The position numbers were made by a program, and so were the translations under genes. The notes beneath the pieces were generated by a model. It did no database searches. It was not told the DNA's origin and saw only the letters and a list, made by a program, of their open reading frames with translations. A stretch of 64,000 nucleotides of DNA from Campylobacterota bacterium (lineage in GTDB: Bacteria > Campylobacterota > Campylobacteria > Campylobacterales > Arcobacteraceae), in the NCBI GenBank assembly GCA_051746405.1, contig JBNJFB010000004.1:1-64000 (forward strand), written 5' to 3'. Numbering within the stretch: the stretch's first letter is position 1; every line of letters starts with the position of its first letter. This document shows, in pieces, positions 50,460-61,692 of the stretch.

Positions 50460-51035
50460 ATGGAATTTATCGTAGAAAAAATTGGTATGAGTAGAACTGT
50501 TTCAGTTCCTGCTGTTCCTGTTACACTTTTAAAAGTTCTAGATACTAAAGTATGTGAAGTGAATGATGGTGTAGGAATTGTTGCTTATGCATCTGGAAAG
50601 AAGATGAATAAAACAATTGAAGGTCAACAAAAAAAATATAACCTATCTAAAGAGTTCAACAGATTTGCAACTGCAGAAGTAGCAAATACTGAACCTGGTG
50701 ACTTAGACTTATCTACTTTAGCAGAAGCTAAACTTTTAAAAACTACTTTTAAAACAAAAGGTAGAGGTTTCCAAGGTGGAGTTAAAAGATGGAACTTCGC
50801 AGGTGGTAGAGCAAGTCACGGGCACAGAATGGGTAGAAGAACTGGTTCAATCGGTAATGCTGAGTGGCCAGGTAGAGTTATGCCAGGTAAGAAAATGCCA
50901 GGGCAATACGGAAATACAAATACAAGTGTTAAAAATGATGTTGTTTCATTTGACGCTGAGACTGGAATTTTAGTTGTTAAAGGTTCAGTATCAGGACCAA
51001 ATGGTGCATTAGGAAAAGTAAAGGTTGCTAAATGA
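50460..51035 (+). CDS. rplC: 50S ribosomal protein L3
   Basis: [14 protein letters not shown]; operon position. Confidence 0.98.
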   Translation: MEFIVEKIGMSRTVSVPAVPVTLLKVLDTKVCEVNDGVGIVAYASGKKMNKTIEGQQKKYNLSKEFNRFATAEVANTEPGDLDLSTLAEAKLLKTTFKTKGRGFQGGVKRWNFAGGRASHGHRMGRRTGSIGNAEWPGRVMPGKKMPGQYGNTNTSVKNDVVSFDAETGILVVKGSVSGPNGALGKVKVAK

Positions 51036-51643
51036 GTAATGCAATAGTATTAAACGAAAAATTTGAAAACAATGGTGAGTTAGCATTACCAGCTGGTTAT
51101 GAAGAGATTAACTCTCACAACTTATACTTATATGTTAAGTCATATTTATCGTCATTAAGAGCAAATACAGCTAGAGTAAAAAACAGATCTGAAGTAAGCG
51201 GTGGTGGTAAAAAACCAAAAGCTCAAAAAGGTTCTGGTGGTGCTAGATGGGGTTCTAAAAGATCTCCTTTATTTGTTGGTGGTGGACAAATTTTTGGACC
51301 ACAAAACAGAAACTATAACCAAAAAGTAAACAAAAAACAGAAAGCTTTAGCATTAAGTTTTGCTTTAAATGAGCAAGCTAAAAAGAATTCATTATTTGTT
51401 GCTGATTCAATAAAAGTTGAATCTGGAAAGACTAAAGACGCAGTTGCAGTTTTAAATAAATTAAACAAAAGAGATACTTTAATTGTAGTTGATACAATTG
51501 AAGAAAAAACTTATTTAGCGTTTAGAAATATTAAAAACTGTTATATGGTTGAAAAGCAAGAAGTTAACGCTTATATGATTGCTGCATACCACTCAGTACT
51601 AATTGAAAAATCAGTATTTGATGCATTAACAAAAGAGGCTTAA
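51032..51643 (+). CDS. rplD: 50S ribosomal protein L4
   Basis: [19 protein letters not shown]. Confidence 0.98.
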   Translation: MSNAIVLNEKFENNGELALPAGYEEINSHNLYLYVKSYLSSLRANTARVKNRSEVSGGGKKPKAQKGSGGARWGSKRSPLFVGGGQIFGPQNRNYNQKVNKKQKALALSFALNEQAKKNSLFVADSIKVESGKTKDAVAVLNKLNKRDTLIVVDTIEEKTYLAFRNIKNCYMVEKQEVNAYMIAAYHSVLIEKSVFDALTKEA

Positions 51644-51644
51644 G

Positions 51645-51926
51645 ATGGCAGATATTACAGATATTAAATCAATATTATATACAGAGAAAACAATCGAGCT
51701 TCAAGAAGATGGTGTAATCGTTGTTCAAACTAGTCCAAGAATGACTAAAAACGGTTTAAAAGAAGTATTTAAAGAGTATTTTGGTGTAACTCCATCAAAA
51801 GTGAATTCTTTAAGACAAAAAGGTAAGATTAAAAGATTTAGAGGAAAGCCTGGAAAAAGACCAGATTTCAAAAAATTCTATGTAACATTACCAGAAGGCG
51901 CTGAAATAGCGAACCTATCAGCTTAA
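51645..51926 (+). CDS. rplW: 50S ribosomal protein L23
   Basis: YTEK, KKFYVTL; position. Confidence 0.97.
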   Translation: MADITDIKSILYTEKTIELQEDGVIVVQTSPRMTKNGLKEVFKEYFGVTPSKVNSLRQKGKIKRFRGKPGKRPDFKKFYVTLPEGAEIANLSA

Positions 51927-51939
51927 GGAGTATTAGAAG

Positions 51940-52767
51940 ATGGCAATTAAAAGATTTAGACCAATAACTCCTGCAAGAAGATATATGTCAGTTATGGAAA
52001 CTTCTGATATTACTTCTAAACCAACAGTTAGATCTTTACTTAAAAGAGTAAAAGCTACAGCTGGTAGAAATAATAACGGTAGAATCACTTCAAGACATAA
52101 AGAAGCAGGTGCAAAAAAGTTATACAGAGTTATCGATTTCAAGAGAAATAAACTAGGTGTAGAGGGAACAGTATCAACTGTAGAGTATGACCCATATAGA
52201 AATTGTAGAATTTGTTTAGTAACTTATGCTGATGGTGAAAAAAGATATATCTTACAACCAAGCGGTGTAAAAGTTGGTGATACAATTCAAGCTGCAGAGT
52301 CTGGGTTAGATATTATCTCTGGAAATGCTATGAAACTAGCAAGTATTCCTGTGGGTACAATGGTTCATAATGTTGAGCTTAAGCCTGGTAAAGGTGGACA
52401 ACTTGCAAGAAGTGCTGGTGGATATGCACAAATCATGGGTAGAGAAGGAAAATATGTTATCTTAAGATTACCTTCTGGTGAAATGAGAAAAGTATTAGGT
52501 GTATGTTTTGCAACAATAGGTATTGTTGGAAATGAAGACTTCATTAATATGGTTGTTGGTAAAGCAGGTAGAACTAGACATATGGGTATAAGACCTCAAA
52601 CTAGAGGTTCTGCAATGAACCCAATTGATCACCCACACGGTGGTGGTGAAGGTAAAACTAATTCTGGTAGACATCCTGTAACTCCATGGGGTATGCCAAC
52701 TAAAGGTTATAAAACTAGAAAGAAAAAAGCTAGTGATAAACTAATCATTTCAAAAAGAAAGAAGTAA
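51940..52767 (+). CDS. rplB: 50S ribosomal protein L2
   Basis: [22 protein letters not shown]. Confidence 0.99.
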   Translation: MAIKRFRPITPARRYMSVMETSDITSKPTVRSLLKRVKATAGRNNNGRITSRHKEAGAKKLYRVIDFKRNKLGVEGTVSTVEYDPYRNCRICLVTYADGEKRYILQPSGVKVGDTIQAAESGLDIISGNAMKLASIPVGTMVHNVELKPGKGGQLARSAGGYAQIMGREGKYVILRLPSGEMRKVLGVCFATIGIVGNEDFINMVVGKAGRTRHMGIRPQTRGSAMNPIDHPHGGGEGKTNSGRHPVTPWGMPTKGYKTRKKKASDKLIISKRKK

Positions 52768-52778
52768 GGGTTTAAAAG

Positions 52779-53054
52779 ATGGCAAGATCAATTAAAAAAG
52801 GTCCATTTATAGATGCACACCTAATGAAAAAGGTTTTAAATGCAAATGAGACAAAAAATAGGAAACCAATTAAAACTTGGTCAAGAAGATCAGTAATATT
52901 ACCTGATATGATTGGACTAACTTTAAATGTGCATAATGGAAGAAATTTTGTTCCTGTATTAATTACAGAGAACCACGTTGGATATAAATTAGGTGAATTT
53001 GCACCAACTAGAACATTTAAGGGTCATAAAGGCTCTGTACAGAAGAAGGCGTAA
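52779..53054 (+). CDS. rpsS: 30S ribosomal protein S19
   Basis: [17 protein letters not shown]. Confidence 0.99.
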   Translation: MARSIKKGPFIDAHLMKKVLNANETKNRKPIKTWSRRSVILPDMIGLTLNVHNGRNFVPVLITENHVGYKLGEFAPTRTFKGHKGSVQKKA

Positions 53055-53056
53055 TA

Positions 53057-53389
53057 ATGGGTAAAGCAATATTAAAATTTATTAGACTTTCTCCAATCAA
53101 AGCAAGATTAATTGCAAGAGAAGTTCAAGGTATGAATGCTGAATATGCAATGGCATCTTTAGAATTTACTCCTAACAAAGCTGCTGGAATTATTTCAAAA
53201 GTAATTGCTTCTGCAGTTGCAAATGCAGGTTTAGAACCAGAAGAAGCAGTTATAAAGTCTGCAAGAGTAGATAAGGGGCCAGTTCTTAAGAGATTTACTC
53301 CAAGAGCTAGAGGAAGTGCATCACCTAAGCACAAACCAACTGCACACATTATGATTGAAGTAGCAGCTGCTGATAAAGGAGATAAATAA
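53057..53389 (+). CDS. rplV: 50S ribosomal protein L22
   Basis: SPIKARL, PRARG. Confidence 0.98.
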   Translation: MGKAILKFIRLSPIKARLIAREVQGMNAEYAMASLEFTPNKAAGIISKVIASAVANAGLEPEEAVIKSARVDKGPVLKRFTPRARGSASPKHKPTAHIMIEVAAADKGDK

Positions 53390-54087
53390 TGGGTCAAAAA
53401 GTTAATCCAATAGGTCTAAGATTAGGTATTAATAGAAACTGGGATTCTAGATGGTTCCCAAAATTTGTAAATGTACCAGCAAATGTAGCTGAAGACGATA
53501 AAATTAGAAGGTTCATTAAAAAAGAGCTTTACTATGCAGGTGTTGCTCAAACTATCGTTGAAAGAACTGCTAAAAAAATTAGAGTTACTATTGTTGCTGC
53601 TAGACCTGGTATTATTATCGGTAAAAAAGGTGCAGACGTTGAGAAACTTAAGGTTAATCTTTCAAAATTAGTTGGAAAAGAAATAGCAGTTAATATTAAA
53701 GAAGAGAGAAGACCTCAAACTTCTGGACAATTAGCAGCTGAAAATGTAGCACAACAATTAGAAAGAAGAGTTGCATTTAGAAGAGCAATGAAAAGAGTAA
53801 TGCAAAATGCATTAAAATCTGGTGCAAAAGGTATTAAAGTTTCTGTTTCAGGTAGACTTGGTGGAGCTGAAATGGCTAGAACTGAGTGGTACTTAGAAGG
53901 TAGAGTTCCTTTACATACGTTAAGAGCTAAAATTGATTATGGATTTGCAGAAGCTCATACGACATATGGTTGTATTGGAATTAAAGTGTGGATTTTCAAA
54001 GGTGAAATTCTTGCAAAAGGAATTCCAGCTGATAGAACTGAAGAGCCTAAGCAAAAGAGAAGACCAAGTAAGAGAAGAGGTAAGTAA
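53389..54087 (+). CDS. rpsC: 30S ribosomal protein S3
   Basis: [23 protein letters not shown]. Confidence 0.99.
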   Translation: MGQKVNPIGLRLGINRNWDSRWFPKFVNVPANVAEDDKIRRFIKKELYYAGVAQTIVERTAKKIRVTIVAARPGIIIGKKGADVEKLKVNLSKLVGKEIAVNIKEERRPQTSGQLAAENVAQQLERRVAFRRAMKRVMQNALKSGAKGIKVSVSGRLGGAEMARTEWYLEGRVPLHTLRAKIDYGFAEAHTTYGCIGIKVWIFKGEILAKGIPADRTEEPKQKRRPSKRRGK

Positions 54088-54089
54088 TT

Positions 54090-54515
54090 ATGTTAATGCC
54101 TAAAAGAACTAAATATAGAAAGCAAATGAAAGGCCGAAATAGAGGTAAAGCTTTTAGAGGTACATCTTTAGCTTATGGTGATTTCGGAATTAAAGCTATT
54201 GAGCACGGAAGAATCGACTCAAGACAAATTGAAGCAGCAAGAATTGCTATGACAAGAGCAATTAAAAGAACAGGTAAAGTTTGGATAATGGTATTCCCAG
54301 ATAAACCTTTAACTGCAAAACCATTAGAAACAAGAATGGGTAAAGGTAAAGGTGGAATTGACAGATGGGTTATGAACGTTAAGCCTGGAAGAATTTGTTT
54401 TGAGATGGCAGGTGTAAGTGATGAGTTAGCTAATAAAGCTTTAACTTTAGCACAACATAAACTACCATTTAGAACTAAAATTGTAACAAGAGATAGCGAA
54501 AATGAACTATACTGA
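54090..54515 (+). CDS. rplP: 50S ribosomal protein L16
   Basis: [16 protein letters not shown]. Confidence 0.99.
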   Translation: MLMPKRTKYRKQMKGRNRGKAFRGTSLAYGDFGIKAIEHGRIDSRQIEAARIAMTRAIKRTGKVWIMVFPDKPLTAKPLETRMGKGKGGIDRWVMNVKPGRICFEMAGVSDELANKALTLAQHKLPFRTKIVTRDSENELY

Positions 54516-54693
54516 TTTAAAAGACAAAAGCCAAAACGAGCTACAAGAGTTATTAAAAGAGAAAAAGGTGCTTCTTTTTGAATTAAAAGCGAAGCTAAAA
54601 ACAATGCAGTTAACTAATACTTCTGAATTAAGAGCGTGTAAAAAAGACATCGCTAGAATTCAAACAGCAATTACTGCAACTAAAGCTAACTAA
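54502..54693 (+). CDS. rpmC: 50S ribosomal protein L29
   Basis: KKDIARIQT; position. Confidence 0.96.
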   Translation: MNYTDLKDKSQNELQELLKEKKVLLFELKAKLKTMQLTNTSELRACKKDIARIQTAITATKAN

Positions 54694-54704
54694 GGATCTA
54701 AAAT

Positions 54705-54956
54705 ATGACACATAAAAGAGAGATTCAAGGTGTAGTGGTAAGAAAATCTGGAGATAAAACTGCTTCTGTATTAGTTACAAGAAATGTTTTACACCCAAGA
54801 TATCACAAAACTGTAAAGAGATTTAAAAAATATTTAATTCATGATGAAAAAAATGAGTTAAATGAAGGCGACAAAGTTATTGCTGTTGAGTGTAGACCAA
54901 TTTCTAAGACAAAATCTTTTAGATTAAAAACTATTGTTGCTACAGGAGTTAAGTAA
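54705..54956 (+). CDS. rpsQ: 30S ribosomal protein S17
   Basis: [15 protein letters not shown]. Confidence 0.98.
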   Translation: MTHKREIQGVVVRKSGDKTASVLVTRNVLHPRYHKTVKRFKKYLIHDEKNELNEGDKVIAVECRPISKTKSFRLKTIVATGVK

Positions 54957-55324
54957 TGATTCAAAGTTTTTCAAGATTAAATGTAGCTGATAATACAGGT
55001 GCAAAAGAGATTATGTGTATTAAGGTTCTTGGCGGATCGAAAAGAAGATACGCATCAGTTGGTGATGTAATTGTTGCTTCTGTTAAAAAAGCTTTACCAA
55101 CAGGTAAAGTTAAAAAAGGTCAAGTTGTTAAAGCAGTGGTTGTAAGAACTCATAAAGAAGTTCAAAGAGAAAATGGTTCATTAATTAGATTCGACGATAA
55201 CGCTGCTGTTATCTTAGATAATAAAAAAGAGCCAATTGGAACAAGAATCTTTGGACCTGTATCTAGAGAAGTTAGATATGCAGGATTTATGAAAATTGTT
55301 TCACTTGCTCCGGAGGTACTATAA
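54956..55324 (+). CDS. rplN: 50S ribosomal protein L14
   Basis: [22 protein letters not shown]. Confidence 0.99.
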   Translation: MIQSFSRLNVADNTGAKEIMCIKVLGGSKRRYASVGDVIVASVKKALPTGKVKKGQVVKAVVVRTHKEVQRENGSLIRFDDNAAVILDNKKEPIGTRIFGPVSREVRYAGFMKIVSLAPEVL

Positions 55325-55326
55325 TT

Positions 55327-55566
55327 ATGGCAGTTAAATTAAAAATCAAAAAAGGTGACACTGTAAAAATAATTACAGGTGATGATAAAGGTAAAACAGG
55401 TGAAGTTTTACAAGTATTACCAAAAGACAATAAAGTAATCGTAAAAGATTGTAAAGTTGCAAAAAAGACTGTAAAGCCTGACCAAGAGAAAAATCCTGAG
55501 GGTGGTTTCGTAAATAAAGAGATGCCTATTGATGTTTCAAATGTAGTAAAAGTAGAAGGTGAATAA
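55327..55566 (+). CDS. rplX: 50S ribosomal protein L24
   Basis: [20 protein letters not shown] motif. Confidence 0.98.
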   Translation: MAVKLKIKKGDTVKIITGDDKGKTGEVLQVLPKDNKVIVKDCKVAKKTVKPDQEKNPEGGFVNKEMPIDVSNVVKVEGE

Positions 55567-55567
55567 G

Positions 55568-56116
55568 ATGGCGGCAAGATTATTAGAAAGATACAATGCT
55601 GAGATTAAACCAGCTTTACAAGCTGAGTTCCAAAAAAACAAAATGTTAACTGCAAAAGTAGAAAAAGTAGTTATCTCTGTTGGAGCTGGTGAAGCTATGA
55701 AAGATTCAAAGTTAATGCAAAGTATTCAAGATACTATCTCTTTAATTGCAGGACAAAAAGCAGTTAAAGTAATTGCAAAAAAATCAGTAGCTGGTTTTAA
55801 AGTAAGAGAAGGGTACCCTGTAGGTATTAAAGTAACACTTAGAGGTGAAAGAATGTATACATTCTTAGATAAACTTTGTTCTATTGCTTTACCAAGAGTA
55901 AAAGACTTCCAAGGTCTTAACAAGAATGGATTTGATGGAAGAGGTAACTTTAACTTTGGGCTTGATGAGCAGTTAATGTTCCCAGAAGTTGTTTATGATG
56001 ATATCATTAAAACACACGGTATGAATATTTCAATTTCTACAAGTGCAGATAATGATGCTGAAGCATTTAGATTATTAGAGCTTGTTGGAATTCCATTTAC
56101 TAAAGGAAGAGCGTAA
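55568..56116 (+). CDS. rplE: 50S ribosomal protein L5
   Basis: [20 protein letters not shown]; start ATG 55568. Confidence 0.98.
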   Translation: MAARLLERYNAEIKPALQAEFQKNKMLTAKVEKVVISVGAGEAMKDSKLMQSIQDTISLIAGQKAVKVIAKKSVAGFKVREGYPVGIKVTLRGERMYTFLDKLCSIALPRVKDFQGLNKNGFDGRGNFNFGLDEQLMFPEVVYDDIIKTHGMNISISTSADNDAEAFRLLELVGIPFTKGRA

Positions 56117-56301
56117 TGGCAAAGAAATCTATGATTGCTAAGCAAAAGAGAACTGCTAAGTTCTCTTCTAGAGAATACACAAGATGTTCAGTGTGTGGAA
56201 GACCACACTCAGTTTACAGAGATTTTGGTCTTTGTAGAATTTGTTTAAGAAAAATGGCTAACGAAGGTTTATTACCTGGTGTTAGAAAAGCTAGTTGGTA
56301 G
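56116..56301 (+). CDS. rpsN: 30S ribosomal protein S14 (zinc-binding type Z)
   Basis: CSVCGR..LCRIC; 61 aa. Confidence 0.98.
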   Translation: MAKKSMIAKQKRTAKFSSREYTRCSVCGRPHSVYRDFGLCRICLRKMANEGLLPGVRKASW

Positions 56302-56315
56302 GGAGAAGATAAGCT

Positions 56316-56714
56316 ATGATGAATGACATAATCGCAGATGCTTTAACTAGAATAAGAAATGCTGCAATGAGAAAATTAGATGTTGCAACACTATTACACT
56401 CAAATACTGTTGTTGGGGTACTAAAAGTATTACAACAAAAAGAGTATATTGAAAGTTATAAAGTTATCGAAAAAGAAAATAATAAGAAATTTGTTCAAGT
56501 TACATTAAAATATGATGATAATGAAACTTCAGTAATTAATGAGTTAAAAAGAGTTTCTAAACCAGGTAGAAGAGTTTATAAACATTTTAATGAATTAAAA
56601 AACTTTAAAAACGGATACGGTACTATCATTGTTACTACAAGTAAGGGTGTAATTGCTAACGATGAGGCTTATGCTTCAAAAGTTGGTGGCGAAGTACTGT
56701 GTACAGTTTGGTAG
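56316..56714 (+). CDS. rpsH: 30S ribosomal protein S8
   Basis: [23 protein letters not shown]. Confidence 0.98.
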   Translation: MMNDIIADALTRIRNAAMRKLDVATLLHSNTVVGVLKVLQQKEYIESYKVIEKENNKKFVQVTLKYDDNETSVINELKRVSKPGRRVYKHFNELKNFKNGYGTIIVTTSKGVIANDEAYASKVGGEVLCTVW

Positions 56715-56723
56715 GAGAGTGTA

Positions 56724-57257
56724 ATGTCTAGAATTGGAAAAAGACCTATCGCAATCCCTTCAGGGATTGAAGTATCAGTTGATGGTACATTAGTTAGCGT
56801 AAAAAAAGGTAATAAATCTATTCCTGTTGAAACACATGGAAGAGTTACTGTAGAAGTTGCTGAAAACCAAGTTATTTTAGAAAGAGTTGGTGATGACCAA
56901 GAATCAGCAGCATTTTGGGGAACTTACAGAGCATTAATTAACAACGCTGTTGTTGGATTAAATAAAGGTTTCCAAATATCATTAGAAGTAAATGGTGTTG
57001 GTTACAGAGCTGCTGTTAAAGGAAAAGTTCTTGAATTACAATTAGGGTACTCTCATCCAATTAATTACGAAATCCCAGAGGGACTAGAAATTACAGTTGA
57101 GAAAAACTTAATTCACGTTAAAGGTGCAGACAAACAACAAGTTGGTCAAGCTGCTGCAATTATTAGAGGCTATAGAAAACCAGAACCTTACAAAGGTAAA
57201 GGTGTTAAATATGTTGATGAACATATTGTTAGAAAAGCCGGAAAAACTGCTAAGTAA
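56724..57257 (+). CDS. rplF: 50S ribosomal protein L6
   Basis: [14 protein letters not shown]. Confidence 0.99.
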   Translation: MSRIGKRPIAIPSGIEVSVDGTLVSVKKGNKSIPVETHGRVTVEVAENQVILERVGDDQESAAFWGTYRALINNAVVGLNKGFQISLEVNGVGYRAAVKGKVLELQLGYSHPINYEIPEGLEITVEKNLIHVKGADKQQVGQAAAIIRGYRKPEPYKGKGVKYVDEHIVRKAGKTAK

Positions 57258-57268
57258 GGTGTGAAGTA

Positions 57269-57628
57269 ATGAGTAGAGCAAAAGAATTAGCAAAAAGAGA
57301 TGCTTTAAGAGCAAAGAGAAAAAGAAGAGTTAGAGGTAAAATCTCAGGTACACAAGAAAAACCAAGAGTTACTATCTTTAAATCAAACAAATATATAAGT
57401 GCTCAAGCAATCAATGATGTTGATGGTGTTACTTTAGCAGGTGTTAGTTCATTAAAAATGGGACTAAATGTAAGTAAAGAAAGCGCAGCTAAAGTTGCAG
57501 CAGAGTTTGCTGAGAACTTAAAAGCTGCTGGTATTGAAACAGTAGTTTATGATAGAAATGGATACCTTTATCACGGTGTAGTTGCAGCATTTGCTGAAGC
57601 ACTTAGAGATAACGGTATTAAATTATAA
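57269..57628 (+). CDS. rplR: 50S ribosomal protein L18
   Basis: [10 protein letters not shown]. Confidence 0.98.
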   Translation: MSRAKELAKRDALRAKRKRRVRGKISGTQEKPRVTIFKSNKYISAQAINDVDGVTLAGVSSLKMGLNVSKESAAKVAAEFAENLKAAGIETVVYDRNGYLYHGVVAAFAEALRDNGIKL

Positions 57629-57634
57629 GGGTTA

Positions 57635-58078
57635 ATGATGGCAGTAAATAGAGAAGATTATCAAGAAGCAATCGTTAAAATCGGAAGAGTAACAAAAGTT
57701 GTAAAAGGTGGTAGAAGATTTAGATTTACAGCTTTAGTTGTTGTTGGTGATAAAAATGGATCAGTAGGATTTGGAACAGGTAAAGCAAAAGAGGTTCCAG
57801 ATGCTATTAAAAAAGGGTTAGATGATGCATTTAAATCTTTAGTGAATGTTAATATTCATGGTACAACTATCGCACATGATATTGAACATAAATATAACTC
57901 TTCTAAGATTTTATTAAAGCCAGCATCTGAGGGTACAGGACTTATTGCAGGTGGTGCAGCAAGACCAGTACTTGAACTTTCAGGAGTTAAAGATATTATT
58001 GCAAAATCTTTAGGTTCTAACAATCCAAACAACCTTGTAAGAGCTACTGTTGAAGCTTTAGCAAGAATAAAAGGATAA
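57635..58078 (+). CDS. rpsE: 30S ribosomal protein S5
   Basis: [14 protein letters not shown]. Confidence 0.99.
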   Translation: MMAVNREDYQEAIVKIGRVTKVVKGGRRFRFTALVVVGDKNGSVGFGTGKAKEVPDAIKKGLDDAFKSLVNVNIHGTTIAHDIEHKYNSSKILLKPASEGTGLIAGGAARPVLELSGVKDIIAKSLGSNNPNNLVRATVEALARIKG

Positions 58079-58082
58079 TAAG

Positions 58083-58481
58083 ATGGCATTAAGTAATTTA
58101 CAACCAGCTATTGGTAGTACAAAAAATAGAAAAAGAGTAGGTAGAGGTCAAGGTTCAGGAATGGGTAAGACTTCTACAAGAGGTCACAAAGGTCAAAAAG
58201 CTAGATCTGGATTTAAAATCAAAAGAGGTTTTGAAGGTGGTCAAATGCCTATGCATAAAAGACTTCCAAAGACTGGATTTTATTCTGCAGCTGAAAAACC
58301 TTACTCTATCAATGTTGATAGAGTTAAAAGAATTGCTGAGCTTGAAGAAATTACTGTTGAGTCTATCAAGTCAGTATACAAATTATCTAAAAGAGTTGAA
58401 AAGATTAAATTAATTGGTTCATCTTCTAAAGATTTAGTATCTAAGATAAAAGACGACAACGTTACAACTACTGGAAACTAA
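58083..58481 (+). CDS. rplO: 50S ribosomal protein L15
   Basis: [17 protein letters not shown]. Confidence 0.99.
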   Translation: MALSNLQPAIGSTKNRKRVGRGQGSGMGKTSTRGHKGQKARSGFKIKRGFEGGQMPMHKRLPKTGFYSAAEKPYSINVDRVKRIAELEEITVESIKSVYKLSKRVEKIKLIGSSSKDLVSKIKDDNVTTTGN

Positions 58482-58483
58482 TT

Positions 58484-59746
58484 ATGAGTAAAGATCTAAT
58501 AAATAAGATTCTTATTACATTAGGTTTTATTTTGCTTTACAGGTTACTGGCTTATGTGCCAGTACCTGGAGTTAATATAGACGTAGTTAAAGAATTCTTC
58601 GATTCAAACTCAGATAATGCACTAGGTCTTGTAAATATGTTTAGTGGTAATGCAGTTGAAAGACTGTCTATTATCTCACTTGGAATTATGCCTTACATTA
58701 CAGCTTCAATTATTATGGAATTGTTAGCAGCAACTTTCCCAGCACTTGGAAAAATGAAAAAAGAGAGAGATGGTATGCAAAAATATATGCAAATCATCAG
58801 ATATACAACCATTGTTATTACTTTAATACAATCAGTTGGTGTATCTATGGGTCTAAATTCATTAACAGGTCAAAGTGGACAAAGTGCTATTTCAATTGAT
58901 ATGAGTACATTTATAGCTGTATCCTCAATCTCTATGTTAACAGGTACTATGCTTCTTATGTGGATTGGTGAACAAATCACACAAAAAGGTATAGGAAATG
59001 GTATTTCATTAATTATCTTCGCAGGTATTGTTTCAGCAATTCCAGGAGCCATTGGTGGTACTGTTGATTTAGTTAATAATGGACAAATGAGTTTCTTAAC
59101 TGTAATTGCAATAATAGTAATTATTTTAGCTACAGTTGGAGCTATTATTTATGTTGAATTGGGTGAAAGAAGAGTTCCAGTGTCATATTCAAGAAAAGTT
59201 ATGATGCAAAATCAAAACAAAAGAGTTATGAACTATATTCCTATTAAGGTTAACTTATCAGGTGTAATTCCTGCAATTTTTGCAAGTGCAATTTTGATGT
59301 TCCCTGCAACTGTATTGCAAGGTAGTCAAAACGAGTACTTACTTATAGTTGCTGATTATTTAAGTCCTAGTTCATACACTTTTAATCTGTTTATGTTTTT
59401 ATTTGTAGTCTTTTTTGCATTCTTTTATGCATCAATTACTTTCAATGCAAAAGATATTTCAGAGAACCTTAAAAAGCAAGGTGGCTTTATTCCAGGTGTT
59501 AGACCAGGAGCAAGTACAGCTAACTTTTTAAATGAAACAGCTAGTAGATTGACATTTTGGGGTGCGTTATACTTAGGTGCTATTTCAACTGTACCTTGGT
59601 TAATTGTAAAAGCAATGGGTGTTCCATTCTATTTTGGTGGTGTTGCTGTATTAATTGTTGTTCAAGTAGCAATAGATACAATGAGAAAAATTGAAGCTCA
59701 GCAGTACACAAATAAATATCAAACACTAAGTGCAGTGGGACTATAG
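58484..59746 (+). CDS. secY: Preprotein translocase subunit SecY
   Basis: LGIMPYITASII, GIGNGISLII, GGFIPGVRPG. Confidence 0.99.
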   Translation: MSKDLINKILITLGFILLYRLLAYVPVPGVNIDVVKEFFDSNSDNALGLVNMFSGNAVERLSIISLGIMPYITASIIMELLAATFPALGKMKKERDGMQKYMQIIRYTTIVITLIQSVGVSMGLNSLTGQSGQSAISIDMSTFIAVSSISMLTGTMLLMWIGEQITQKGIGNGISLIIFAGIVSAIPGAIGGTVDLVNNGQMSFLTVIAIIVIILATVGAIIYVELGERRVPVSYSRKVMMQNQNKRVMNYIPIKVNLSGVIPAIFASAILMFPATVLQGSQNEYLLIVADYLSPSSYTFNLFMFLFVVFFAFFYASITFNAKDISENLKKQGGFIPGVRPGASTANFLNETASRLTFWGALYLGAISTVPWLIVKAMGVPFYFGGVAVLIVVQVAIDTMRKIEAQQYTNKYQTLSAVGL

Positions 59747-59751
59747 AACTC

Positions 59752-60519
59752 ATGGCTATTCCATTAAGAAAACCAAAAGAAATTGAAAAACTTCGAACAG
59801 CTGGACAAGCTGTTGCGAAGACATTGAAACACTTAGAAAAGAACGTAAAAGCTGGTATGACTTTAAAAGAAGTTGATGCAATGGGTGAAAAGTACCTAAG
59901 AGACTTAGGTGCTAGGCCATCTTTTAAAGGTTTATACGGTTTTCCAGGTGCTATATGTACATCATTAAACGAAACAATAATTCATGGTATACCAGATGAC
60001 ACTGTCTTAAAAGAGGGTGATATTCTAGGGCTTGATTGTGGTTCTGAAATTGATGGATGGTATGGCGATGCTGCAATTACAATGCCTATTGGTCAAATAT
60101 CAAAAGCAGATGAAGAGCTAATTGCTTGTTCAAAAGATACTTTATATTATGCAATTGATATTATAAAAGAGGGCATGAGATTTAAAGAGTTATCACAAGA
60201 GATTGAGAAATTTATTGTTGATAGAGGGTACCAACCGTTAGTTAGATTTTGTGGTCATGGAATAGGTAGAAAACCCCATGGTGAACCAGAAATTCCTAAC
60301 TATTTAGAATCAGGTAGCGCAAAATCAGGTCCAAAAATAAAAAATGGTATGGTGTTTTGTTTAGAGCCTATGATTTGTCATAAAGATAGAGATCCTGTTA
60401 TATTAGAAAATGATTGGGATGTAGTATCAGCAGATGGATATAGGGGAAGTCATTACGAACATCAAGTTGCTGTTATTAATGGTAAAGCAGTTATTTTAAC
60501 TAAGTTAGATGAAGAGTAA
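59752..60519 (+). CDS. map: Methionine aminopeptidase type I
   Basis: IIHGIP, GHGIG, LEPM, HYEH. Confidence 0.98.
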   Translation: MAIPLRKPKEIEKLRTAGQAVAKTLKHLEKNVKAGMTLKEVDAMGEKYLRDLGARPSFKGLYGFPGAICTSLNETIIHGIPDDTVLKEGDILGLDCGSEIDGWYGDAAITMPIGQISKADEELIACSKDTLYYAIDIIKEGMRFKELSQEIEKFIVDRGYQPLVRFCGHGIGRKPHGEPEIPNYLESGSAKSGPKIKNGMVFCLEPMICHKDRDPVILENDWDVVSADGYRGSHYEHQVAVINGKAVILTKLDEE

Positions 60520-60534
60520 TTTTAGGGAGAAAAA

Positions 60535-60753
60535 GTGGCAAAAGATGATGTAATAGTTATTGACGGTAAAGTGATTGAAGCTTTACCTAATGCTATGTTT
60601 AGAGTTGAATTAGATAATGGTCATGTGGTTTTATGTCATATCTCAGGGAAAATGAGAATGCACTACATTAAAATTTTACCAGGGGATAAGGTTAAAGTAG
60701 AAATTACACCTTATTCGTTAGATAAAGGTAGAATCACTCATAGATACAAATAG
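60535..60753 (+). CDS. infA: Translation initiation factor IF-1
   Basis: [17 protein letters not shown]. Confidence 0.99.
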   Translation: MAKDDVIVIDGKVIEALPNAMFRVELDNGHVVLCHISGKMRMHYIKILPGDKVKVEITPYSLDKGRITHRYK

Positions 60754-60762
60754 TGTATCTTT

Positions 60763-60800
60763 AAAAAGCAAGGATTAAAAAATCCTTGCTTTCTTTTTTT
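60763..60800. terminator. Bidirectional intrinsic terminator after infA
   Basis: AAAGCAAGGATT-AAAA-AATCCTTGCTTT with a T-tract downstream and an A-tract upstream. Confidence 0.88.
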
Positions 60801-60897
60801 ACGGGTTATACCCAAAACTATGAAGCCTGATATATAATAGCCTCGCGCACTTTAAAAAGTAACTATCAAAAACAAAGCTTCATAATTTTAAATACTA
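60763..60897 (-). ncRNA. Candidate structured small RNA convergent with infA
   Basis: Minus-strand TATAAT at 60904-09; long rod 60814-60889 whose stem mismatches become G-U pairs on the minus strand; ends at the shared terminator. Confidence 0.55.
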
Positions 60898-61027
60898 AAG
60901 TATATTATACCTTTTTTTTCATTAGAATTATATCATAAAAAATAAATAATCTATAAATATTATTCCAATTTTTTATATAAATTTATAGATAAATACTTAA
61001 CAAAGATTTTTTTTTGTACAATATCCC

Positions 61028-61690
61028 ATGACAAATTCAAAAAAACAAAAATTGCTTAAGCATTTATATTTTTTAAAATCAATTGGTTATAAATTTCATG
61101 AACCTTTGAATTTATTGGCTAATGATACAAATAATCTTAAACTACCAAATGATATTTTTAGTTTAAAAAATAGTGTTAGTAACTGTTATTTATGTGAACT
61201 ATCAAAGACAAGAAAAAAAACAGTATTTGGTGAGGGTAATATTAACTCTAATATTATGTTTATATCTGATTGTCCTGGTTCATTAGAGGATGAGACGGGA
61301 AGGGTGTTTGTAGGTAGAAGTGGTGAATTACTAACAAAGATGATTGAAAATGTACTAAATATAAAAAGAGAAGATACATATTATGCTAATATTCTAAAGT
61401 GTAAACCTGGTGAAAATATTAATGAGTCATGTTTAAATTTATGTAAAGCATATTTATTAAAGCAAATTGAATTAGTAAGACCTAAAATAATTGTAACATT
61501 AGGTCAAGTAGCTTATCAGCACTTAACAAATGATGATACTAGTTTATCAAAAATCAGGGGACAAAGTATAAACTATAAAGATATAGTACTATTTCCTACT
61601 TTTCATCCTAGCTTTTTGCTAAGAAATCCCTCATCAAAAAAAGATGCGTATGTGGATATGCTAAAAATAAAATATCTAATGGAGTCATAA
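61028..61690 (+). CDS. Uracil-DNA glycosylase family 4 (Fe-S) protein
   Basis: CYLC, VFGEG, FVGRSG, LKCKP, FHPSFLLR. Confidence 0.9.
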   Translation: MTNSKKQKLLKHLYFLKSIGYKFHEPLNLLANDTNNLKLPNDIFSLKNSVSNCYLCELSKTRKKTVFGEGNINSNIMFISDCPGSLEDETGRVFVGRSGELLTKMIENVLNIKREDTYYANILKCKPGENINESCLNLCKAYLLKQIELVRPKIIVTLGQVAYQHLTNDDTSLSKIRGQSINYKDIVLFPTFHPSFLLRNPSSKKDAYVDMLKIKYLMES

Positions 61691-61692
61691 AC

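Noticed and set aside
50776..59052. Alternative-frame and antisense ORFs within the ribosomal operon
   Set aside because: Expected by-products of biased codon usage in highly conserved genes.
58078..59752. Absence of rpmD (L30) and adk from the spc operon
   Set aside because: Usual arrangement in Campylobacterota.
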